Position numbers and translations under genes: made by a program. Shown here piece by piece: positions 22,563 to 29,548 of a stretch of 64,000 bases of DNA. The stretch comes from an uncultured Lentisphaerota bacterium (GTDB lineage Bacteria > Verrucomicrobiota > Kiritimatiellia > RFP12 > UBA1067), in the NCBI GenBank assembly GCA_900320225.1, contig ONRL01000038.1, forward strand, positions 5,698 to 69,697, given 5' to 3'. Under the pieces are notes generated by a model. That model ran no database searches and had not been told where the DNA came from. It saw nothing but the letters and a program-made list of their open reading frames with translations. Numbering within the stretch: position 1 is the stretch's first letter; the number at the start of each line of letters is the position of its first letter.

Positions 22563-23744
22563 ATGAAACGAATCGCCCTGCTGTTTAGCGCCGTCGCCAT
22601 CGTGTGCGGCTGCTCGACGACGAAGTCCGCCGCTCCGTGTGCGGAGACGAAACCCCAAGCCGCTTGTACGGCGTCGTCATCTCCGGCATCGGCAGTCGCG
22701 CCCCTCAAGGTGGGCGTGTACGCCGACCAGGGGCCGGGCGGCATCGGCGCGGTGGAGTGGTTCCGTCTCGTGGACGAGTCGCCCGAGATGGAGCTGCACC
22801 TCCTGGACGGCGCGGCCGTGCGCGCGGGCGCGCTGGACGGCCTGGACCTCCTCGTGATGCCGGGCGGCAGCAGCATGACCGAGTTCGATTCGCTCGGCAC
22901 GAACGGCGTGGAGCGGATGAAGGCGTTCGTCCGCAACGGCGGCGGCTACGTGGGCACGTGCGCGGGGTGTTGTCTGCTGATGGACGGCCCGAAGAAGCGC
23001 GCGCGGATGATGCCGTGGAACAGCTCCGGCGCGGAGAGTCACACGATGTTCCCCACCATCAACCTCAACGCGAAGGGCGCGAAGGCGCTCGGCCTCAAGG
23101 CGGGCCCGCACGTCATGCGCTACCACGGCGGGCCGTTCCTGCAGCCCACCACGAACGTGATCGCGGACGCGCACATGGAGATCTGGGGCACGTTCGACGC
23201 GGAGGCCACCTTCAAGGGCCGGATCAATCCGAAGAAGCAGATGTACGGCTCCGGCGCCATCGTGGGCGGCACCTACGGCAAGGGCCGCGTGTTCGTCACG
23301 TCCGCCCACCCCGAGTACTTCAACGGCACGCTCTACGTTATCGAGGCCGCGCTCAAGTACGTCACGGGCCGCACGATCACCTTCCCGCCGCGCACGCGCG
23401 CGCCGCGCGTCCTCTCCGTGGGCTTCCTCGCCAAGGGCATCAGCGGCGTGAAGACGGCCGAGACCGCCGTGGCGCTCGCGCGGGCGAAGGACCTCGATCT
23501 CGTCCTCATCGACCTAGACGGCATCGCTCGACGCCGGATGGACAACATCGACGTGCTGGTGGTGCCGAGCGCGGTCTTCGTGAAGAACAAGAAGGTCTCC
23601 GAGGCCATCTCCGCGTTCACGGCGCGCGGCGGCAAGGTCGTCTACTGCAGCCTTGGCGCGAAGGACGCCCCTGCCGGCGCGGTGGTCAGTACGTCCGGCG
23701 ACGCGGTCGTCGAGGCGGTCCGCAAACTTTTCCCCACACATTAA
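22563..23744 (+). CDS. Lipoprotein with class-I glutamine-amidotransferase-like (BPL_N / DJ-1-like) domain
   Basis: Start MKRIALLFSAVAIVCGC (lipobox). ..LKVGVYADQGPGG.., ..LDLLVMPGGSS.. and ..FVRNGGGYVGTCAGCCL.. resemble the GATase1-like fold. Confidence 0.6.
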   Translation: MKRIALLFSAVAIVCGCSTTKSAAPCAETKPQAACTASSSPASAVAPLKVGVYADQGPGGIGAVEWFRLVDESPEMELHLLDGAAVRAGALDGLDLLVMPGGSSMTEFDSLGTNGVERMKAFVRNGGGYVGTCAGCCLLMDGPKKRARMMPWNSSGAESHTMFPTINLNAKGAKALGLKAGPHVMRYHGGPFLQPTTNVIADAHMEIWGTFDAEATFKGRINPKKQMYGSGAIVGGTYGKGRVFVTSAHPEYFNGTLYVIEAALKYVTGRTITFPPRTRAPRVLSVGFLAKGISGVKTAETAVALARAKDLDLVLIDLDGIARRRMDNIDVLVVPSAVFVKNKKVSEAISAFTARGGKVVYCSLGAKDAPAGAVVSTSGDAVVEAVRKLFPTH

Positions 23745-23771
23745 CAACAAACAGAAAAAAGGAGTTCAATC

Positions 23772-24716
23772 ATGGATTTCATGAGTACCGTCAAGGGTTC
23801 CCTGCTTGAGGGCTTCTACCCCAAGGGCTGGGACATGGCGAAGATCGACCGCTGCTGCGCGAACCGTCCGGCGGACGCCGGGAAGCGCCAGCCGTTCTGG
23901 AACAAGGACTTCAAGCCGCTTCCCTGCGCGGACGTGGCCGAGTTCGACGTGAAGATGGGCCACGAGATCGCGAACGAGATCCGCAAGGCCAAGGAGGCCG
24001 GGCGCAAGATCGTGTTCATCCTCCCCGTCGGGCCGATGGGCATGTACAAGTGGGCCGTCTACTTCCTGAAGGAGTGGAACGTGGACTGCAAGCACGTGTG
24101 GTGCTTCAACATGGACGAGTGGGCCGACGCGAAGGGCAACACGCTCGTGGGCGACGCCTCCTTCCAGTACGCGATGGAGCAGGCGCTCTACAACCCGCTC
24201 GGCAAGCTCACCGTGCCGAAGGACCACCGCAACTTCGCCACGAAGGACAACCTGCCGACGTATCCGAAGAAAATCGCGGCCCTCCGCGCCGAGGGCGCGC
24301 GCCTCGTGCTCGTGTACGGCATCGGCCGCATGTGCCACATCGCGTTCTGGGAGCCGATGATCGGCGGCGAGTTCTCGAGCGACGCCGCGTGGCTCAAGCA
24401 GCCCTACCGCATCGGCGTGAAGCTCCACCCGCTCACGATCGAGCAGAACGCCATCACCTCGTTCAAGAGCCGCACCACGCTCGTGCCGTGCCGCGCGAAC
24501 ACGATGGGTCCCGGCATCATGTTCCAGGCCGACTGGGCGATCGGCGGCGCGGACGGCGCGCTCTCGCGCGGCATGCAGTGGCAGGGCATGTCCTTCTGGA
24601 TGACGCTCCGCTACGGACCGAGCCGCTGGGTGACCTCCAGTTGGATCCCCACGCTGCCGGGACGCCTGTTCTACCTGTCCGAGCTGGCGGGTCCGCTCGT
24701 CGCCGAGGCGAACTGA
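23772..24716 (+). CDS. NagB/6-phosphogluconolactonase-superfamily sugar-phosphate deaminase/isomerase-like protein
   Basis: ..[14 protein letters not shown].., ..CFNMDEWAD.. and ..[15 protein letters not shown].. parallel the LPTG / FNxDEY / GIGxxGHIAFNEP blocks of NagB. Confidence 0.65.
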   Translation: MDFMSTVKGSLLEGFYPKGWDMAKIDRCCANRPADAGKRQPFWNKDFKPLPCADVAEFDVKMGHEIANEIRKAKEAGRKIVFILPVGPMGMYKWAVYFLKEWNVDCKHVWCFNMDEWADAKGNTLVGDASFQYAMEQALYNPLGKLTVPKDHRNFATKDNLPTYPKKIAALRAEGARLVLVYGIGRMCHIAFWEPMIGGEFSSDAAWLKQPYRIGVKLHPLTIEQNAITSFKSRTTLVPCRANTMGPGIMFQADWAIGGADGALSRGMQWQGMSFWMTLRYGPSRWVTSSWIPTLPGRLFYLSELAGPLVAEAN

Positions 24717-24729
24717 GGAGGGAACCGAG

Positions 24730-25587
24730 ATGGCCGGCGTGGACGCGGAACGGATCGGCGTGTGCAGCTGGAGCTACCAGCGCCCGCTGCGTGAGGTCGC
24801 CGACGAGATGGCGAAGATCGGCGTGAAGGGCATCGACCTCGCCCTCACGCCCTTCGTGGCGCCGGACGGGCGGCACGGCGTGGAGGAGGGCGAGGAGGCG
24901 CTCGCGTTCGCGAAGGCGCAGTTCGCGAGCGGCGCGTGGCGTCTCTTCGCCACGATGATCTCCTTCCCGCAGGAAGACTACTCCACGCTCGACACCATCC
25001 GCAAGACGGGCGGCGTGGTGCCGGACGACTGCTGGCCGCGCAACCGCGAGATCGCGGCGGCGGCGGCCGAGCTGTCCGGCACCCTCGGCGCGCCGTACAT
25101 GCTCTTCCACGCCGGCTTCCTCGACGAGTCGAACCCCGCGGCCTACGCCGCGTACGTGGAGCGCGTCTCCTTCGTGCGCGACGCCTGCGCGCGCGCGGGC
25201 GTGCAACTGATCCTCGAATCCGGCCAGGAGACGGCGGAAGACCTCGCGCGCTTCCTGCGCGACGTGCCCGGCCTCTACGTCAACTTCGACCCCGCGAACA
25301 TGATCCTCTACGGGAAGGGGCGTCCGATGGAGGCGCTCGAGACGCTCGTGCCGTGGATCCGGAAGATCCACGTGAAGGACGCGGACGCGACCGCCGTGCC
25401 GGGCACGTGGGGCACGGAGCGTCCGTGGGGCGAAGGCCAGGTGGGCGGTGCGGCGTTCATCGATGCGCTGAACGGCCTCGGCTTCACGGGAAACATGACA
25501 ATTGAAAGAGAAGGCGGAGACGACCGCGTGGGCGACATTGCCCGCGCCGCCGCGCGCCTGCGGGAGGGCCGCGCTGCCGCGCTGTAA
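24730..25587 (+). CDS. Xylose-isomerase-like TIM-barrel protein (sugar phosphate isomerase/epimerase family)
   Basis: 285 aa. ..YMLFHAGF.., ..LILESGQETAEDLARFL.., ..VNFDPANMILYG.. and ..IHVKDA.. are typical of the AP_endonuc_2 family. Confidence 0.8.
   Translation: MAGVDAERIGVCSWSYQRPLREVADEMAKIGVKGIDLALTPFVAPDGRHGVEEGEEALAFAKAQFASGAWRLFATMISFPQEDYSTLDTIRKTGGVVPDDCWPRNREIAAAAAELSGTLGAPYMLFHAGFLDESNPAAYAAYVERVSFVRDACARAGVQLILESGQETAEDLARFLRDVPGLYVNFDPANMILYGKGRPMEALETLVPWIRKIHVKDADATAVPGTWGTERPWGEGQVGGAAFIDALNGLGFTGNMTIEREGGDDRVGDIARAAARLREGRAAAL
25562..25584. repeat. H2 hairpin repeat, degenerate
   Basis: GGGAGGGCCGCGCTGCCGCGCTG. It forms the last codons (..LREGRAAAL*) of the TIM-barrel ORF. 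Confidence 0.6.
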
Positions 25588-25591
25588 AATC

Positions 25592-25616
25592 GGGAGGGCC
25601 GCGCTCCTGCGCGGCC
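25592..25616. repeat. H2 hairpin repeat
   Basis: GGGAGG-GCCGCGC-TCCT-GCGCGGC, intergenic. Confidence 0.9.
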
Positions 25617-25633
25617 GAATCAGGAGATCTGAA

Positions 25634-26338
25634 ATGAACGTATTGGCAATTGGCTGTCATCCAGATGACGTGGAAATCGCGTGCGCGGGCACGCTCGCGA
25701 AATGCGTGAAGCGCGGCGACCGCGTGGTGACCGCGCACCTCTGCACGGGGTCGCTCGGCCACGTGGTGATCCCGCCGGAGGAACTCGTGCCCATGCGCGC
25801 CGCCGAGGCGCGCGCCGCGGGCAAGCTCGCCGGCATCGAGGTGCTGGACGGCTTTTTCGGCGACCTCGACATCTACGCCGACAACGCGGAGAGCCGCAAC
25901 AAGGTGGTGGAGGTGATCCAGTACGCGCAGCCGGACGTGATCATCACCCACAACCCCGACGACTACATGCCGGACCACACCGCCACCTCGAAGCTCGTCT
26001 TCGACGCGGCGTTCACGGCCACGCTGCCGAACTGGCCCTCGAAGACGCGCAAGGCCGCGAAGCTCGTGCCGATCTACTACATGGACACGCTCGCCGGCGT
26101 CAACTTCGTGCCAGAGGAATTCGTGGACATCACGGACGAGATCGACCTCAAGATCCAGATGCTCGAGTGCCACCACTCGCAGCTCGACTGGATGCGCGAG
26201 CACGACGGCATCGACTTCGCGGACATGGTGCGCACCTGCTCACGCTACCGCGGCTACCAGTGCGGGGCCGCCTACGCGGAGGGCTTCCGGATGTGCAAGG
26301 CCTACCTGAAGGGCACCACGCGCCGTCTGCTGCCGTGA
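25634..26338 (+). CDS. PIG-L (LmbE-like) family deacetylase
   Basis: Start MNVLAIGCHPDDVEIACAGTL.. (the PIG-L signature HPDD). ..IITHNPDDYMPDH.. present. The listed ORF start 25502 runs through the H2 repeats and is rejected. Confidence 0.85.
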   Translation: MNVLAIGCHPDDVEIACAGTLAKCVKRGDRVVTAHLCTGSLGHVVIPPEELVPMRAAEARAAGKLAGIEVLDGFFGDLDIYADNAESRNKVVEVIQYAQPDVIITHNPDDYMPDHTATSKLVFDAAFTATLPNWPSKTRKAAKLVPIYYMDTLAGVNFVPEEFVDITDEIDLKIQMLECHHSQLDWMREHDGIDFADMVRTCSRYRGYQCGAAYAEGFRMCKAYLKGTTRRLLP

Positions 26339-26362
26339 TACGCCGGGAAAGGGGAATGCTCC

Positions 26363-28228
26363 ATGGGAAAGTTGTTGGCATGCGTCGCGGGTGCGGTTCT
26401 GGTAACCGCTGCGCGTGCTGGTAGCGCCACAGCGGATTTCCGGGACAAGGCCAGCGGGGTGGATTGGGATCTGGGCGGTACGGAATACCATGCCGAGCGC
26501 GGCCGGAAGTTCCCGGCCGACGCGGCCGCCGTGCTGGCGAGCCCGCAGTTCGTCGGCAGCGTCACTTCCGTCACGTTCGTGGCGTCGATTACGACGTCGA
26601 GCAGCCCCGCACCCGAATTCGGCGTCTGGGCGGGCGCGGACCCCGCGTCGGCGACTCTTGCGGACGTCTTCACGATCTCGAAAACAAACGACCGCTTCAC
26701 GAACACGCTGGCGTTCGCGGCGGCGGATGCCGTGCACGCGGTGAAGTTCACGTGCAGCCGCAACGGCAACGACAGGACAAACCTGTACGTAGAACGCGTC
26801 ACGGTGCGGTGGGCGGGCGGACCGTTCGGCGTGCCGGGCGACTTGGAAGCGAGCAACATGTCGTCCAATTCGTTCACCGCCTCGTGGAACGCGGTGGAAG
26901 AGGCCGAGGGGTATGCGCTCCGCGTCTGGCAAGAGGTGGCCGTCCCGCGATCCGGCGACGACGTGTGGAGCGAGTCGTTTGGGGGATTGGCGGAATCCTT
27001 CTTCGACGTGCCGGGCTGGACGGGCCACAACTTCCGGCGCCCGAGCAACCATGAAGGGATCGTTCAGGTCGGGACGTCGTCCAGTACCGGCACCGGGGCG
27101 TTGCTGTCGCCGGCGATTCCCGCCGAATTGGGGATGAAGCTTGTGGTGGAGGGGCAATTCCCCGATCGTGCCACGGGGACGATGCCCGTGTGCCTCGTCA
27201 GGGGTGACACGACGAATCTCCTTGCGGACGTCGCATTCGGCAAATCGCCGAAGACGGTGGAGATTGACCTTCCCGCGCTCACGGCGGAATGCCAGCTGCT
27301 GTTCAGTTCGCCGACAAACGGCGCCGACAGGCGCGTCTGGCTTGATTCGGTGGCGGTGGTTTCAAACTATGTCGCGGCGGGCGTGGCGGAGGTGGCCGTG
27401 CCGGGCTGGGAGGCCTACGCCACGACGACGACCTCCGTCGACGTCACGGGACTTTCGACGGGCGAATACTACTGGGCGGTGCAGACGGTCGTCGGCGCCG
27501 AGCGATCGGCGTGGTCGGCGCCGTGCCCCGTGTTCCTGGAGGACGCGGCCGTACGCATGATTCCGCTCACGAACCGGGAGTGCGTCTACACGAACGACTG
27601 GGACTGGTTGGGCGCCCATGACAGCGTCTGCACGAACGGCATAGTAGGGCTGGGGTTGTTGGCGGCCAAGTCTAAGGCCGCGTGGAACGGCAATCTGACC
27701 TCCGTGACGAACGGGCACAAGTTCACGCTGGGTGGTTTCTACTCACAGGCGATGGCGGATGCGTCCGACCGCGCGTTCGTGATGCGCGCGACGGGCGAAG
27801 ACGACCATGTGCTGACCGTGACGGTCGTGAACAACGGAAAAACGGCAATTGAGTCATTTGACATTTCCTACCTCGGCGTCCAGACTTTCGACGGCGCGAC
27901 AAACGCCCCGCCGCGCCGTCTGGAAGCAGCGTGGTGCACGGCAACGGCGGCGACGTATCCAGACCCCTTCGCGGCAGAAGGTTGGACGGCTGCGCCGGAT
28001 CTTGATTTCGCTGAGTTGTCTTCCGTCAAGGCCGGCCCCGTATTCTTGACAACCGGGATCCATGGCGTAATCACGCTGGAACCGAAGTTGGAGCCGTGCA
28101 GGGTGTTCTCGTTCCGTCTCAAGCTCGCCAAGGGATCAAACGCGCCTGCGCTGGGAATTGACAACCTGCGCCTCGCGGCCACGTTCGCACCGCCGGAAAA
28201 AAGACCCACTTACGTGATCTTCAGGTAA
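26363..28228 (+). CDS. Large secreted protein with FN3-like modules (function unknown)
   Basis: 621 aa. N-terminal hydrophobic segment, then ..SNSFTASWNAVEEAEGYALRVW.. and ..VDVTGLSTGEYYWAVQTV.. (FN3-like). It stops 2 nt before a REP-like palindrome. Confidence 0.7.
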   Translation: MGKLLACVAGAVLVTAARAGSATADFRDKASGVDWDLGGTEYHAERGRKFPADAAAVLASPQFVGSVTSVTFVASITTSSSPAPEFGVWAGADPASATLADVFTISKTNDRFTNTLAFAAADAVHAVKFTCSRNGNDRTNLYVERVTVRWAGGPFGVPGDLEASNMSSNSFTASWNAVEEAEGYALRVWQEVAVPRSGDDVWSESFGGLAESFFDVPGWTGHNFRRPSNHEGIVQVGTSSSTGTGALLSPAIPAELGMKLVVEGQFPDRATGTMPVCLVRGDTTNLLADVAFGKSPKTVEIDLPALTAECQLLFSSPTNGADRRVWLDSVAVVSNYVAAGVAEVAVPGWEAYATTTTSVDVTGLSTGEYYWAVQTVVGAERSAWSAPCPVFLEDAAVRMIPLTNRECVYTNDWDWLGAHDSVCTNGIVGLGLLAAKSKAAWNGNLTSVTNGHKFTLGGFYSQAMADASDRAFVMRATGEDDHVLTVTVVNNGKTAIESFDISYLGVQTFDGATNAPPRRLEAAWCTATAATYPDPFAAEGWTAAPDLDFAELSSVKAGPVFLTTGIHGVITLEPKLEPCRVFSFRLKLAKGSNAPALGIDNLRLAATFAPPEKRPTYVIFR

Positions 28229-28230
28229 GT

Positions 28231-28256
28231 GTCAAAACAGGTCGACCTGTTTTGAC
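28231..28256. repeat. REP-like palindrome GTCAAAACAGGTC/GACCTGTTTTGAC
   Basis: Perfect 13-bp arms with no central nucleotide. Confidence 0.9.
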
Positions 28257-28367
28257 AGTTTTTGATCTCGCGCGCATGAAACGGCAGGAAGAAATGTTGC
28301 AAAAAGGTGTCAGACGGCACACGTGCCGCGGCCTAACACAGATGAATTGGTAAACAGGAGACGAGCC

Positions 28368-28793
28368 ATGAACAACATCCGAATCATCTACATGGTTGTG
28401 CTGGCCCTTGTGGGCTCGGCCGCCTTTGCCGATACCTACCGCGACGCGATGGGGCGCAACCGCGGCACCTCGACCACGGATCGCTACGGCAAGACGACCT
28501 ACCGCGACTCCATGGGGCGCACCCAGGGAACGTCCTCCACGGACCGTTACGGCAAGACGACCTTCCGCGACGCGATGGGCCGCAATCAGGGGAGCGCCTC
28601 CACGGACAGTTACGGCAAGACGACGTTCCGCGACTCGATGGGGCGCACGACTGGTACGGCCACGACGGACAGCTACGGCAAGACAACTTATCGCGACTCG
28701 ATGGGCCGTGTGACATGCACGGCCACGAAGGACAGCTCCGGCAAAATCACCTATCGCGACGCAATGGGCCGTACGATCGGCACCCAGAAATAA
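28368..28793 (+). CDS. Small secreted protein made of ~6 tandem 20-aa repeats (YD-repeat-like)
   Basis: Start MNNIRIIYMVVLALVGSAAFA, then TYRDxMGRxxGTxxTDxYGK repeated with a 60-nt period. Confidence 0.75.
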   Translation: MNNIRIIYMVVLALVGSAAFADTYRDAMGRNRGTSTTDRYGKTTYRDSMGRTQGTSSTDRYGKTTFRDAMGRNQGSASTDSYGKTTFRDSMGRTTGTATTDSYGKTTYRDSMGRVTCTATKDSSGKITYRDAMGRTIGTQK

Positions 28794-28839
28794 CGAAACG
28801 ATCCACGCATCGCGCCAGATATGCTATACTAATGGCGCT

Positions 28840-29547
28840 ATGAAAAAGTGGACAGTTGCAACTTTCAGGGCCGCGAAGGGCGTGCGCAAGCTTGGCTGCT
28901 GCACGGCGTACGACGCGTGCTTCGCGCGCCTGGCCGATGAGGCGGGCGTGCCGTGCATCCTCGTGGGCGACTCGATGGGCATGGTGTCGCTCGGCTACGC
29001 CACCACGCTTCCCGTGTCGATGCAGGAGACGCTCTCCGCCACGGCCGCCGTGGCGCGCGCGGCGAACTGCCTGAAGGCGGGCGCGGACGGCGTGAAGCTC
29101 GAGGGCGGCGCGCGCGTGTGCGGGCTCATCCGCCGCATGACCGAGGCCGGCATTCCCGTGCTCGCGCACGTGGGCATGACGCCGCAGAGCGTGAACGCCT
29201 ACGGCGGCTTCAAGACGCAGGGCAAGACGCGCGAGGCCGCGCTGCAGGTACTCGAGAACGCGAAGGCCGTGGAGGCCGCGGGCGCGTTCGCCGTCACGCT
29301 CGAGTGCGTGCCGGACGAGCTGGCCGCGGAGATCACCGCTGCGTTGAAGATCCCAACGGTCGGCATCGGCGCAGGGCCCGTGTGCGACGCGCAGTGGCTC
29401 GTGATGCATGACCTCCTCGGCCTCAACGAGGGGCACGTGCCGTCGTTCGTCAAGCGGTACGCGAACCTCGCCGCCGACGCGAAGAAGGCCTTCGCGCAGT
29501 ACGTGGACGAAGTCGCGTCCGGCACCTTCCCCCCGCCCCGGCGGTGA
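28840..29547 (+). CDS. panB: 3-methyl-2-oxobutanoate hydroxymethyltransferase (PanB), with an internal ~25-aa gap relative to canonical PanB
   Basis: ..CTAYDACFARLADEAGVPCILVGDSMGMV.., ..GVKLEGG.., ..HVGMTPQS.., ..LECVP.. and ..IGIGAG.. are collinear with E. coli PanB as I recall it. The ..LLxADxPFxSY.. segment is missing. Confidence 0.85.
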   Translation: MKKWTVATFRAAKGVRKLGCCTAYDACFARLADEAGVPCILVGDSMGMVSLGYATTLPVSMQETLSATAAVARAANCLKAGADGVKLEGGARVCGLIRRMTEAGIPVLAHVGMTPQSVNAYGGFKTQGKTREAALQVLENAKAVEAAGAFAVTLECVPDELAAEITAALKIPTVGIGAGPVCDAQWLVMHDLLGLNEGHVPSFVKRYANLAADAKKAFAQYVDEVASGTFPPPRR

Positions 29548-29548
29548 C

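Noticed and set aside
25502-25633. N-terminal extension of the PIG-L deacetylase ORF (MKEKAETTAW..GRAALLRGRIRRSE).
   Set aside because: It overlaps the TIM-barrel gene and then reads through the two H2 hairpins. The family-typical N-terminus MNVLAIGCHPDD starts at 25634.
29408-29548. N-terminal extension of the SBP-permease ORF overlapping the end of panB.
   Set aside because: The extension is Ser/Arg/Pro-rich with no signal peptide. ATG 29549, directly after the panB stop, gives a canonical signal sequence.
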